From contig NC_043001.1 in NCBI RefSeq assembly GCF_006345805.1, positions 24,738,001 to 24,802,000 on the forward strand: a stretch of 64,000 nucleotides of DNA, read 5' to 3'. Every line of letters starts with the position of its first letter. Within the stretch, counting starts at the first letter, position 1. A program made the translations under genes and the position numbers. Below are positions 26,262 to 39,885 of this stretch, one piece after another. Origin of the DNA: Octopus sinensis (taxonomy: Eukaryota). The notes under the pieces were generated by a model that did not search any database, was not told the DNA's origin, and worked only from the letters and a program-made list of their open reading frames with translations.

Positions 26262-27320
26262 AATAATCGCTCCTTCATTTTTACGTCCAACCCATGCTAG
26301 CATGGAGAACGGACGTTAAACAACGATGATGATGATGATGATATATATATATATCATCATCATCATCATCATATTACTGTTTCCCATAGAAACAGTAAAA
26401 TGATGATGATTTAGGGGAATGTTGTGATATGTTGTGATTTCAGTCACTTATACACATTGGAAACTGAGAAACTGGCCTTATGAGTTCAAAGGATTGAGAA
26501 GGAAATAAAAAAAGGAAGTACATTATTTAATATATTTCCTTTGTTGTTTTAAAATGAAGGGATGTAATTCGATGGAGATTTGGCTGCTATTTCATGCAGA
26601 GATCCCCTCATTGTATACAGTTTACCAATAATGTGAAGAATAACCTGCTACAGTTGTTGGAAATTGCACCAAGAGTGTCAAAACCTTTCATGAGTTTTTA
26701 TTCCAAACATATTTTGTTATATTTCTATTTTGATTTAAAGTTGGTTGTGGGTCAAAAGATGTGAGCCCTGCAAGGGTCAGTATTTACATAAAAATGTAAA
26801 TACTGCTGTAAGCTATAATCTTTGTTATTGTTATGAAACATTGTGAATAAGTACCAGTGAGGTCACCAGTGCTAATTGGACATAAGCTTGGGGTTGATCA
26901 ATCCTGTCTGGGTCACCTGGGTGAGAGTGTCTAACGTTGAAAAAAATTACTCCAAAACACTTGGCGACCCCCCACACATACACACACACCTATTTCAGGG
27001 AATGTCACTGATGATGTTTTCAAGCGCATCACAAGATGATGTGTGGAAAAAAAAAGAAAAACTAAATATTAATTTGAAAGTCTGAATATATCTTCATATA
27101 GATGTACAGACATTTTGTCTCGTTTCATTTTATCCGGTCGTTAATATCTGTTTGACTTATAACCTATAGATTTTGTAAGAAGGGAAAAAGAAAAAGCTTT
27201 TACTTTCATAAAACTTCAATATGTACACCTTTTGTATTTAACTCTTCAACAATCATCATCATCATACATCTATTTTGTTTTTGCCATGCTGGCATATACA
27301 AATATATATATATATAGTTG

Positions 27321-27351
<31 letters not shown>

Positions 27352-28275
27352 CTACAAATAAAACTACAAGTTATTATTCGTCTAATACAGGTGAAATTTA
27401 AAAGTTGGTCCCTACATAGTGAAATGTGAACTGCATCACAATATCTTTAATTAGCAAATCTGCCAGGTCTTTTACACACACTTAGAAAACTACTTTATTT
27501 GGGATTAAAGCCAAGCTTTTTCTTATTTTCTCATGTTGTTCTACCTTTCTTTCTTCCTCTCTGATTCTCTCTACCAACTGCTTACACACACACACATTTG
27601 CATATGTATATACTGAGTTTTAAAGAAACCTATTTGGTTTGATGCCATTTCTTTGTTCCAATTCTGTAAATCTTTGGCATCTGTCTAACAGGGTATATCA
27701 ATACGTATGTGTCCTAGTCTCATAGACATGTCTTATTTCCTTGTAGGCCTAATGCCATTTGCATCAGAACGGTAACCACCTGAAATCAAATATTGAATAT
27801 TTTCTGGAATTCTGTGTAATTATAGATCAAATATATTATAGTAAAAATCCCAGATTTAAGTAATTTTCATGATACTTTGAGAAGATATTTATTATCTAAC
27901 AGTTCAAAAAATCATGTCTTCAAACATGTCCAATCTTTGAAATTATTTACACAAAAATGATATCAAGGAATACATTTTACACAACTTGCCAAGTTTTATA
28001 GGTCTATTTTATGCAGGAAAACTTGAAATATCTTTGACAATTTCATTTATGGAGAAAGATGTAGTGTTTCGCTTAAAATTAAGTTTCACCCTCTCTCCCT
28101 CCCTTTTTCTCTCCCCCTTCTCTCTCACTCTGACAGACAGATTGATAAGTAAATAGATCGACAGACAGACAGTCAGACAGATATGTGTGTGTATGTGTAT
28201 GTAAGCAGGACATGACATTGTGATTAAGAAGTTTGCTTCCTAACCACACACACACACGCACACACACACACACAC

Positions 28276-28307
<32 letters not shown>

Positions 28308-28402
28308 GTTATGGCATACTGCTTTAGGAACATGGCAGAGTATAGTATAAAGCTCATCCACCCTCAGAATGTCCAACCATACTCCTTCTTGTTTTATATA
28401 TA

Positions 28403-28449
<47 letters not shown>

Positions 28450-28831
28450 GATATAGATATATCTCTGGCTAATTGTAAGTCATGCCCTCCAAAGGAATGA
28501 AATCATTTGATTGGTATAAGTTGGTATGTGTCCTTAAGGTCAATGCAAATGGTTAATAGAAGTTTAGTAGTGCTTTGCCTGAGGAAGCACCCACACTAGC
28601 AGGATGGGGGTGGTGGCTAAAGAAGTATTCAAATACATAATTATTGAGAGTAATCTTAAATAGTATTATATGAATATAAAAAATTATCACCTAATTATGG
28701 TTTGTGAAGAAGAAATGTGTTGCAATGCATAATCAAAACCTATGAATTTCCATCCACATGATATTATTTTGTGTATGTGACCGCGTGTGTACCGTTGGCG
28801 ATTTTTTTTCCTCTGTCTTCCCTTCTCCTAT

Positions 28832-28866
28832 GTTTCCGACGAAGAGCTCTGCTCGAAACGTTAAAC
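28832..28866 (+). ncRNA. Minimal type I hammerhead motif (U4C variant) in a probable Penelope-like fragment (~28770-28950)
   Basis: GTTT-CCGACGA-A-GAGC tct GCTC-GAAA-CGT-T-AAAC: stem I GTTT/AAAC, stem II GAGC/GCTC, palindromic stem III ACGT. Confidence 0.55.
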
Positions 28867-29914
28867 CCTCCTTCTTTCCTGAGCGTCCAATAATACTATG
28901 TTTGTTCCATGTCCTCGCGTTGTTGTGTTTTTTTGTGCTTTCTTGTTTGGATTTACTTTATATATATATAGACACACACACACACACACACACATATGCA
29001 TAGATAGATACCTACAAACTTACGTACATGCAGCTTCGAAACCCCCAACTTTTATATCTGGATTACAAATTTACATTTATACCAATAATAATTGGAATAC
29101 TTGGTTTTGTAAGTAAATGCCAAACTGTCAGTCTAGATAAGCTTGGATTATCAGAAAAGAGAAATCAACCAACTGATTGGCACCTTTCAATTAGATTATT
29201 ATCCTGCTTCCAGCTTCAGTGTTGCTACCAGGATTTGAAAAATAGGGCACATTTACCCCCACTTATTTTGTGATTTAGGGATCGGGATTTGAAAAACAAG
29301 GGAGAATTTGTGGCGGGGTACAGTGAACAAATTAAACACACTACCAAACAGTGGCTAAAACATGAACCAATCAAGTTTATGTATAAATATTCTTTTTATA
29401 TGTTTGTTTCCTTTTACACAATATTAAAACAACAGCTAAACATTTTCTGAAGCAACTAATTTTAGCTACAATTCTAGCCCCTACTAATTTTAGCTACAAG
29501 TCACCACTAGTCTGCAATTTGTGTTATTCTATTAAATTTCAAATTTGTGTGTTAATTCTTGCTTATAATCTCTTCATATTTATATGACTAACAGATTTTC
29601 AGTGTCTCCATACTCTCACTTTATCAGTCGATAAAATGTGTCCAAAGCTTCCATACTTAGTTTTAGAGCCATCCTTCTTTTATATTGTAAAGGAAAGGTC
29701 AGATTCATGAGCCCTGTCATGAAGCGAACTTTGGTGCAGCCTATTGGAAAACAATAAATGCGCCAAAGGATTTTCTATAGACTTCAGAAATGTCACAATC
29801 GGCACTAAACAAATACATTTGTCACATTTATACTAGAATCTGCCTTCCATAAAGTGTGGAATATATCTTCTCTCTCTCTCTCACATACACACATACAAAC
29901 ACACACACACACAC

Positions 29915-29995
29915 TGACAGGGACTTCAAAGTTTGGACAGGTTAAGCCATTGTTGAATGATGGATTAACTAGCTGAAACTTCAAAGTCCCTGTCA
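29915..29995. repeat. 81-bp imperfect palindrome / mini-MITE
   Basis: TGACAGGGACTTCAAAGTTT ... AAACTTCAAAGTCCCTGTCA. Confidence 0.65.
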
Positions 29996-30081
29996 ATAAT
30001 ATTCATGTTGAAGAATAATAAATTTGTCCTCTACAAAAGTATAGAGTAACCCATCAGATTAATGTAAACTTCTTTCTATTA

Positions 30082-30172
30082 TACAGTTCTATATTTAAGA
30101 GATGAGGAATTATGTACATTATTTACATTCGACGGATATTTGTCCTCATCTTGTTTGTTGTTAACACGTTTC
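30082..30172 (-). mobile_element. 3' terminal fragment of the tRNA-head/HHR element
   Basis: TACAGTTCTATATTTAAGAGATGAGGAATTATGTACATT...GTTAACACGTTTC, same as 57125-57212. Confidence 0.75.
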
Positions 30173-30203
30173 TTTCTATTATAGCTGAACATAAAAAACA
30201 AAC

Positions 30204-30277
<74 letters not shown>

Positions 30278-30382
30278 TTTATAGATGAGAAACAGGTATC
30301 TCCATATAGTAGTGCTTAAGAGGTTTAAACTTGAGCAGGTAGAGTAGAGGAGAAAATTTAAGGAAAATGTAAAAGAGATCAA

Positions 30383-30806
30383 AATACAAAAAATATTAAA
30401 TACATTAATACAAAAAATTTATATATGTTTACATATAAAAAAGGTTCAACTTACACAGAAAAGAAATGATATCAGGAATTAAAGGGATTGAATACGAGTT
30501 GAGTTCTATGAGTCCAAAAGCTGTCGGATAATACCAGCTTCTGTCTTCAGGGAAGAAGTCTTAGATTTGAGGTGTTGAGAGAAACATTAAGGATGGGGTT
30601 ATTTTATGGAGAACTAAGTGTATTAGAAGGAGGAGTTGGGAGGTATTTAGATAGAGTGTAGTAGGAGGAGAAAATAAAGGGTTAATAAAACTCTTATTCA
30701 GCCCCTTTAATTCCTGATATCATTTCTTTTCTGTGCAAGTCAGGCCTTTTTATATGTGACTATATATACATTTTTTTGCATTAAATGTATTTAATATTTT
30801 TTGTAT
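30383..30806. repeat. ~105-bp inverted repeats enclosing a degenerate hammerhead (probable Penelope-like remnant)
   Basis: 30383-30486 is the reverse complement of ~30703-30806; minus-strand CTGAAGA plus a 9-bp stem II at 30515-30550. Confidence 0.65.
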
Positions 30807-31409
30807 ATCGACCTACCTCACTTATCCTTATATATATATATATAAACCTGGCATAGGAGGACATACAGAATAACAGGAGAACATACACATAATAGATACA
30901 GGCAAGCTCAAACACCATCAGTTATCAACCAAATATCACCGTGTGTGTGTGTGTGTGTGTTGCTCTGCATGAATACACATGTAAGAACATAATGTTTTTA
31001 TCTAGGATGGTATCATGCAGTACATAAATGATCATTATGTCCAGTTCTCCAGAAACAATATAAAGGTTGTTGGAACAGAAAATGTACTTCTTCTAGTACA
31101 TCTTGGACATCAGCATCTAGTTTACTTCCAAGAAGACACTCACATCTTAAAATATCCAAGACAGCAACACTTTTCTCGTGGCATATTTCAGATTAAATGG
31201 AATGGACAAAGCTTCCTTTAAATATCTCTGCTTGGAAATTACTTAACATTATCTCTTTGAATAAAGAACACACGGAAACAGAGAATACATAGAGGGGATT
31301 AAATAATTCCTAAAATACACACAAGACAACCAAAGGAAAATGAGAAATTTTACTTCAGATTATTATTATTATTATCATTATTGTTATTATTATTATTATT
31401 ATTATTATT

Positions 31410-32243
31410 GCATGTAAATGGAACCAACAAGCTTTAAAGGCATCCACACTAACAACAGTATTATCTACAACACATAGAAAGCAGCAGTTGAGAGCATAAA
31501 TTTGCTAAATAATGAGGAATGGGTGCAATGCATATCAGAAGCAGTAGAAGTCAGAATGCCTCCCCAACTGAGAGAATTTTGTGCTGTTATATGTGCCCTA
31601 AATAGACAAAGTGATCTGCTGTCGCTATTCCAGCTGTTTGAGCAGCACTTTATTCAAGATTTCATAGCAGAGAGCAAAACAAACGTAGAAGCTTGTAACA
31701 GTGCACTGCATGATATTCAGTAAGCACTTGTTACTCACGGTTTACCCTGCCACAACTTAGGATTACCTGAATGTGTGCCAATATTTAATAACGACATTAG
31801 CGAAGTTCATGTAGAGAATGCTACTGCTGTTGACATTAAAATACAAAGTTTAAATGAGCTGCAACATGGCATATTTGATGGCAACGCAGAAAGTTTGGAT
31901 GACAGTGATGCAGAACATAGGTTTTGTTTCCTTGGTGGCCCTGGAGAATATTGCAACATATTTGGTAATTATGTGCTGCCATATGCAACAACTATTATTG
32001 TTGTTTGGCAGAATGGTTGCAAGATAGTTCACTGCAGACTGTGTTTTCCTGTATCCAACTTTGAATTATTAACTATATAGGCTCAGGAGTGGCTGTGTGG
32101 TAAGTAGCTTGCTTACCAACCGCATGGTTCTGGGTTCAGTCCCACTGCGTGGCACCTAGGGCAAGTGTCTTCTACTATAGCCTCGGGCCGACCAAAGCCT
32201 TGTGAGTGGATTTGGTAGATGGAAACTGAAAGAAGCTCGTCGC

Positions 32244-32293
<50 letters not shown>

Positions 32294-33150
32294 ATGTGTG
32301 TATATGTTTATGTGTCTGTGTTTGTCCCCCCAACATCACTCGACAACCGATGCTGGTGTGTTTATGTCCCTGTAACTTAGCGGTTCAGCAAAAGAGACCA
32401 ATAGAACAAGGAATAAGTCCTGGGGTCGATTTGATCGACTAAAGGCAGTTCTCCAGCATGGCCACAGTCAAATGACTGAAACAAGTAAAAGAGTAAAGAG
32501 TATCATCCATGCAAATTCCCTGAGAAAGTTCTCAAAGAATAAACCAGTGCTGTCCTAATGATAATAAAGGAAGCATCAGTTTTTTTCTGTGAATGCTTAA
32601 CCTACAATAGATAGCCTATTGAAAACCATAACAAGGAACAATAAATCATTCTGAGGAAATCTTTCTCCTCTCAGTGAAGACTTTTGCCAAACATCATTTA
32701 TAGTAACCAAGAGATTTCACCACAGAAATAATAGCAAATCGCTTCGAGTAATCACATTATGGAAATATGTAAAGATTCTCAGACTCAACATCAACATAAG
32801 ATAATGCAGTGATGCAACATGTAACCATTAGTTGCTGCAGTTATGAAGTAGAACATTTACTAAGTTCAGATGGGAACATCATGGAAATACAAGAGATAGT
32901 TTAAAAGGGAGATATTGCAGGGATTTTATATGGGTATTTGTTAACCTTGACAAAGAACAGTGGAAAAAGCAAACAACATTGAATTTGCTTGCCTGAACAG
33001 AAAGGAAAAATACTTAGTAACTAAATAATAGAATTCTGAATCTCTTACCAGGTTAAGTTACATAATATAAAAGAATAGACAACAAATCAGCTGGAGATGA
33101 CAAGCAAAATGTAAATGTAAAATTTTAGGCAAATTAATCCTTATCTGTTC
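31410..33150 (+). mobile_element. Helitron RepHel (PIF1-type helicase) remnant, interrupted by a SINE
   Basis: EWVQCISEAV..MPPQLREFCAVI, LNELQHGIFD..FCFLGGPG (GPGGTGK region), later DSLLKTITRNNKSF..DFCQ; stops and frameshifts. Confidence 0.75.
32080..32500 (+). mobile_element. SINE family A, full length
   Basis: GGAGTGGCTGTGTGGTAAG head, central (TA)n(TATG)n, tail GACTGAAACAAGTAAAAGAG. Confidence 0.9.
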
Positions 33151-33370
33151 ATGAGGTAAAGCTAAAAGTTGATTCAAACATAATACTCATATGTAACCTC
33201 AGTACTAGAAAGACCCATTTAATAATCCGTTGCATCATCATTAACTGTACTTTTCCCATGCTGGCATGGAATGGATGGTTCAACAGAAACCAATGAGCCA
33301 GAGAATGGTGCCAATCTCTAATGTCTGCTTCGATGTGGTTTCTATAGCTGGATGACCTTTCTAGCACCAA

Positions 33371-33592
33371 CATCATCATCATCATCATCATCATCGTTTA
33401 ACATCGGCTTTCCATGCTAGCATGTGTTAGACGATTTGACTGAGGTCTGGCGAACCAGGTGACTGCAACAGGCTCCAATCTTGATTTGGCAGAGTTTCTA
33501 CAGCTGGATGCCCTTCCTAATGCCAACCACTCTGAGTGTGTAGTAGGTGCTTTTACATGCCACCAGTACGAGGGCCAGTCAGGCGGTACTGG
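33371..33592 (-). mobile_element. SINE family C, 3' part
   Basis: (CAT)n then reverse-complement family C tail. Confidence 0.85.
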
Positions 33593-33783
33593 CAAAAACT
33601 TTTGCAAAATGTACCAGGTATATTTTTCATGGTACCAGTACCAGTGAGATCGCCAAATACTCACAAGACAAGCCCTCTCTCCAACTAAGTGGGAAAAAGT
33701 ATTGAAGGAGGTGAAAGTATGTTAGAATGATACATGTGTTCGTGTATGTGTGAGGGGAGCAGCAGAAGAGGAGTTAGTGTATT

Positions 33784-34018
33784 TATTTCTTTACTGCCCA
33801 CAAGGGGCTAAACATAGAGGGGACAAACAAGGACAGACAAAGGGATTAAGTCGATTACGTCAACCCCAGTGTGAAACTGGTACTTTATTTATTGACCCTG
33901 AAAGGATGAAAGGCAAAGTCGACCTCGGCGGAATTTGAACTCAGAACGTAATGACAGACGAAATACCGCTAAGCATTTTGCCCGGCGCTCTAACATTTCT
34001 GCCAGCTTGCCGCCGCCT
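33784..34018 (-). mobile_element. SINE family B
   Basis: Full reverse-complement copy. Confidence 0.9.
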
Positions 34019-34924
34019 TAGAGGAGATAGTGTATTATCAAGCATGGATCAATCATTTAATACATTTAAACTATATTTGTTCCAACCTGCATTTAGTCAT
34101 GGACTATATGTACTTTTAAGTAAGACTAAAAAGAGTTAAAAGTTACTAATTAATATTACACATTGTCAGAGTGTGTTATTACCGCCTAAGGTATACACAA
34201 AAATTGTTGTTCTTAAAGAACTTTTAGGTGTAATGCAGATTTAATATGTTTTTGATATAGTATAAGGTTGACTTGCTACATCCTGCAACCTGTATAATAT
34301 TAGTGAGAATGTTGTGAATATTTGATGGGAATTTCCATCTGCCGTGTTATAAACATCATTGTAAACTACATTCTGTGCCATATTGCGAAATAATGTAAAT
34401 ATTCTTATAAATTACATTCTGCAAAATAGTGTAAAAATGTAAATATTGCCGTAAGCTATAATCTTTATCATTGTTATGAAATATTGTGAATGAAGCTCTG
34501 AAATACAGCTGTGTCATATTATGAAATGTAATATTGCATACGCAGCCTATATCTTAGAGTGGAATGGAAAAATCGATATATAGAACAACCTCTATAATAA
34601 TATAAAATATATATATGGTCTTTAATTGCAACTTGTACCATATTCTGACATGCTAATGATACTGTAAAATTTAAATGTACCTTATTAAAACCTGTAACTA
34701 GTGAAAAGTGGGAGCTGTTAGCCAATCCCAACACATGGCTTGTGCATTATTTTAATGACCCCAAAAAATATACCATACCAAGAATGTTTTATCTGTTGCC
34801 ATGAAATGTAACCTACACCTTATGATATATTACAAATATTGTTGTAAACTGTAACCTATCAAGGCTTCTTGTCAGTATAGTACAAACACAGATACACATA
34901 TATATTATATAAGTGGCACACTGT

Positions 34925-35205
34925 CGCTTATGACAAAAGAGGGTTCCAGTTGATCCAATCAATGGAACAATGTATGTGGCTGAGCACTCCACAGATACGT
35001 TTTCCCTTAACGTAGTTCTCAGGAAGATTCAGCATGACACAGAATGTGACAAGATTGGCCTCTGTAAAATACAGATTCTCTTCATTTTTGCCAGCTGAGT
35101 GGATTGAAGCAACAGGAAATAAAGTGTCTTGCAAAAGAACACATTGTGCTGCCATCGTTGAACTGACAACCTTACAATTGTGATCCAAATACCTATAACC
35201 ACTAA
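34925..35205 (-). mobile_element. Degenerate tRNA-derived SINE (E-related core)
   Basis: CAGCTGAGTGGATTG..GAAATAAAGTGTCTTGC core shared with 127-180; a similar remnant lies at ~7030-7205. Confidence 0.6.
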
Positions 35206-35224
35206 GTCTGCCTGGTTGTGGCCC

Positions 35225-35335
35225 TAATACCACTCAGTGTCAGACCAATCCGCCTTGGGTGGCCCTACCATAAACCAAAGTTCCCGACGGCATAGCTCTG
35301 ACACTACCCGTTGCCACGGTGAGGAGGGGATGGAC
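35225..35335 (-). mobile_element. RTE-clade LINE 5'UTR-like fragment
   Basis: Minus strand GAGCTATGCCG...TAGGGCCACCCAAGGCGGA resembles the conserved RTE/BovB 5'UTR motif. Confidence 0.5.
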
Positions 35336-35749
35336 TTTTATTTGCATTCATTTCAACTCTAATTGCTAACCCTGTGTTATGCATAAACTTTTTCAGTTTA
35401 TTGAACTTCGATAGGAGAAAACCCTACAACCTTGAACACTAATAAATTATTATTGTTCCTGACATTGTTTCGTTCACCTAACATGGAATGTTCAAAGCTT
35501 ACAAGCATCCAACACTTAGATCCTTGGATCTTACAATTGCATTGCAATCAATAGCCAAAGAAAGACAATCCCCTGTTGTTGACATTGAGTAATGAGGTCC
35601 TTTCCTCCTCTATATTCTAGAGAGGCTTTAAGCCAACAAGTTTTGGGATCTGAGGATATGCCATAAAGCTAAGCACTTTGCGGAGGTAAAACCCAGTGTA
35701 ATCCTATAAACTGGCCCTATCTAACTTAATTATATTATATATATATATA

Positions 35750-35979
35750 TTTCTTTATTGCCCACAAGGGGCTAAACATAGAGAGGACAAACAAGGACAG
35801 ATAAAGGTATTAAGCCGATTACATTGACCCCAGTGCAAAACTGGTACTTTATTTATCAACCCCAAAAGGATGAAAGGCAAAGTCGACCGTGGCGCAATTT
35901 GATCTCAGAACATAATGACAGACAAAATACGGCTATGCATTTCGCCAGGCGTGCTAACATTTCTGCCAGCTCACCACCT
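35750..35979 (-). mobile_element. SINE family B
   Basis: Full reverse-complement copy. Confidence 0.85.
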
Positions 35980-37701
35980 TAATTATATATATATGTATAC
36001 ATATATATTACAATTACGCACTCACATGTATATATTACAATGATATGTATGTGTGTGTGTATGTGTGTCTGTGTGTGTGTGTGTCTGTGTATAATCATTA
36101 ATATCATTATTTTTGTTCTTGCTCCATGTTGACATAAATTGGGCAGCTTGGCGAGATCCAATGACTTAGAGAACTATATTCCAGTGTTTGTTTCGGAATG
36201 TTTTTTTTACAGCCGGATGCCTTTCCTATTACCTTCCCTATTGCCAGCCAGTTTACACCATGTACTGGGGGTTTATTTTTATGGTTCCACCACTATTGAG
36301 ACCATTTTGAAACTTGCAAGACTAAAAAGCTTCAAGAGGTCCAGAGACCTGAAAGATAATGTGCAAGAAAAAGTGAGAGTGTGTCATGAATTGAGAAGCA
36401 CATGCACACATATATATATATATAAGGTATTACACACACTCATATTTATACACAGAGAGACAGACAGATCTTTGAATTGTATAGCAAGATATTTTTATAA
36501 TGATAGAAGAATAACTCAAAAATGGAGCTATCTTTTATTTATTTATTTATATACAGATATAAAATGTCTGGATTTAGACAAAGATTGAATCTCCAGTGTT
36601 AGACAACTACTCTCACACAGAAAAAAAAAACGAGATAAGCGGTATTCTACTGTTTCTTTAAAAAAATTCAGATATTTTATATCTGTAAATAAATAAATAA
36701 AGAAAGAAAGAAGACTTATTTAACTTTAGTCATCATCATCATCCTCATCTAATGTTTGTCTTCCATGCTAGCATAAAATGGTTGGTATAACAGGATCCAG
36801 TGAGTTGGAGGACTCTGTTGAGCTCCAATGCTTGCTTTGGCATGTGTTCTGTGGCTGGGTGCCCTTCCTAATGCCAATCATTTTACTGAATGTTGTGGGT
36901 ACATTTTTCATGACACCAACATAAGTAAGGTTGCTATATAATTTACAAGACACAGAGAAAGACACCCAGACTGAATGGAATTCTAGTAGAGAGGGAGGTG
37001 GTTTTATGCTAGGAGTTGAGAGGTTAGAGTATGATAAAGGGCCAGGTACAAGTGTCTTGCTATAGAGGAGATACATGGTTACCCAGCATTATATGAGATT
37101 GTGTTGGGTAACTGGTAAGAAGAAAAAAATAGTGTTGACATGATTATAAAAAAGTGAGTATAGGAGAGAATATTGACAAAGAATCAGGATGGGTGGGTGG
37201 ACAGGTTCATAAGAGTATGAGAGGAGAGTAACAGATGGTTAGAGATGAGATAGATGTGAATGTAGTGAATAATGAACAAAGGTAGGGGTGTGGTCAATAG
37301 TAAATATCAGTATGGAAGGAGAGAAGGTGAATGAAATAGGAGTGACTGAGGAAGGAGGAGGGGTTAAGTGGAAGTACATGAAGAGTGAGGAGTAGCAGGA
37401 TAAATCTGTGGAGAGATCAGAATATAGAGATATGATGTCCAAGTTGGGAGAATGGGATGAGAGAGAGAAATACAGTGGTAGAGATGGAAGTCAGAAGTAT
37501 TTAGAGGAGGTTGTTGTACATGGGGGCTGAAGGTGCAAGTGTTAGTGGTAAGTATGAGAGGGTGTTAAAGATTAGAGGGTGATCAGTGGAAAATAAAGTC
37601 GGAAGGGATGCTATTGAAAATGAGAGATGAAATTTAAAAGGAAATCGTTTCAGAAAGAGAGGGACATAACTAGTAGCATTAGTAACACACACACACACAT
37701 T

Positions 37702-37764
<63 letters not shown>

Positions 37765-37789
37765 GAAAGAAGGTTTGAAAATGTAATTT

Positions 37790-38017
37790 TGACCCTTTTG
37801 TTACCAACCCGACTGAAACCGGCTTTGGCTCTGAGTATAAATGTCTTGTTTTCATGAGTTTTGAATTAAAATTTTCCAATAAACCTTAGTCACAATCTAT
37901 GTTCCTAACACTAGCTGAATGATAATTAACTTATTTTACTAAATTCTTTGTTATATTTGAAGAAAATTGAAAGAAACACAAAGCATCTCAAAATAAATAC
38001 AGTAACGAAAGGGTTAA
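37790..38017. mobile_element. piggyBac-like MITE
   Basis: TTGA|CCCTTTTGTTAC ... GTAACGAAAGGG|TTAA TIRs with TTAA-type target. Confidence 0.7.
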
Positions 38018-38090
38018 AGGTGTTTATACACTTGACCGGTTTCACTTTTTCTAAAAAAGTTAAACCGGTCAAGTGGATAAACACCTTTAA
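38014..38090. repeat. 77-bp palindrome
   Basis: TTAAAGGTGTTTATACACTTGACCGGTTT...AAACCGGTCAAGTGGATAAACACCTTTAA. Confidence 0.85.
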
Positions 38091-38160
38091 AATTGCATTT
38101 TCAAACCTTCTTTCATATATGTTTCCACTCGTGTGGTACCTTACGATTTCACTTTGCTAT

Positions 38161-38212
<52 letters not shown>

Positions 38213-38285
38213 TTCTAAAATAAGGATAACATTTTTCAAAAACATTAGTGGCCAGCATATTAAAATACCTTTTAAGGTGAAAACT

Positions 38286-38580
38286 ATAAACAATTATAAA
38301 TAAGGGCAAAAGAAAAGCTGTTTTCTATGCCAATATGCTGAAAAATAGACTTTAGATTGCCCAACCACTTACAATATTTTTCACTAAAATACACAATGTG
38401 TTCAAATGAGGAAAGCAAGATAATGAATTTTTTAAAAATTTCTGTTAGCTTGCTTTCCTCATTTGAACACATTGTGTATTTATAGTGAAAAATATTGTAA
38501 GTGGTTAGACAATCTAAAGTCTATTTTTCAGCATATTGGCATAGAAAGCCTTTTTTGTTTTGCCCTTATCTATAATTGTT

Positions 38581-38584
<4 letters not shown>
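38286..38584. repeat. ~300-bp fold-back palindrome
   Basis: 38286-38420 is the reverse complement of ~38448-38584. Confidence 0.85.
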
Positions 38585-38612
<28 letters not shown>

Positions 38613-39558
38613 CAAATTGTCACCATTTTATATTTCTAATTTCATGCATGCACATTGTTTCTTTTTGATTTTGTCGACTACACAGTATAATAGGGTCGGT
38701 TGGGCACTGTCTGTGAGAAAAATAGCACCATGACAGAGATTTGGAAACAACGTGCTATACTGCTTGGCATTTGCACTGGACGCTCCAATACAAACTGTCC
38801 AAACTGTCTCCAAGAAGTTAAGGAGATAGACGAACACCTTATTTTGAAATTGTATAGATAATACTGTACTAAATTCTGCTGCCTCAACTTAAGTACCATA
38901 TTCATCTGAATCTAAATTTTTGCTGAACTCATCTACCATACCTAAAGTATATATATATATATATATATATATATCACACTTAGTGACAAGAAAAATCTAA
39001 ACCACTTCCAACATCAAATTTTGCAAAACAATACAAAGGAATAATAGATAAGTGCTTAAAAGTACAAAACTTTTTCCTGTCTCTCTTCCCCATCATTTTT
39101 TTATTTTTTCAGATATCTATCTAATTGCACTACTTGTACAAATCACCAATATTTCTCCCACATCTTTTTACCTTGCACCACACACTCATATACACCCGTG
39201 CATGCACTTATCCCATTTTGAAAACTCATTCACTTAGATGCTTTCTGATGCACTTAACTTACTAGGCAGACAATAGACATCCATTGGGTCATACAGAATC
39301 TGCTGTTCTTCGGTGAATGGAATTTCTGCCATAAAGGAATTGACATCATTCAGCCTGCCTTTTAAATACATAATACATTTATAGTAAGTTTTATCATATT
39401 GCCATCAGTAAAACTTTGCATTTAAAGCCATTGAGAACTTTTGCTAGTATGCAAAATATATATAGCTGTCTCACTCACAAACCTACATACTGACACCACA
39501 CAACGGCGTATGGAACAGATTTTATGTCAAAATGGTCAATTGTGACAGTCCATGGCTT

Positions 39559-39885
39559 TTTAACACATAAAGTGTGACAGGCCACGATTGTGGCCGTCAG
39601 GCAAGATTGACAGGCCACGATCGTGGCCCAGATTGATACATTTAATTTATGGGCGTTTGTTGGGGTCTAATGTCACTCAAACGCTCTGATACCTCTCAGA
39701 ATGCAAGAGGACCAATAGTTCAACTAATGACTTTTCAGATGATGTAAAACTTTCCACCATTGTACACTAAGGAAGTATTTTAACTATTTTTTTATTTTTT
39801 AAGTGTGCATGGTAGTCGCATTTTCATAAAATATGCTTAACAGTCCATGCTATGTAAGTGCAAATCTCAGTGCTTTATGGGTTAA
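39559..39885. mobile_element. piggyBac-like MITE
   Basis: TTAACACATAAAGT ... GCTTTATGGGTTAA termini; internal direct repeat TGACAGGCCACGAT.GTGGCC x2. Confidence 0.55.

Noticed and set aside
37080-37690. ~600-bp purine-rich strand-biased tract
   Set aside because: Low-complexity decayed repeat; no ORF, period or structure that I can support
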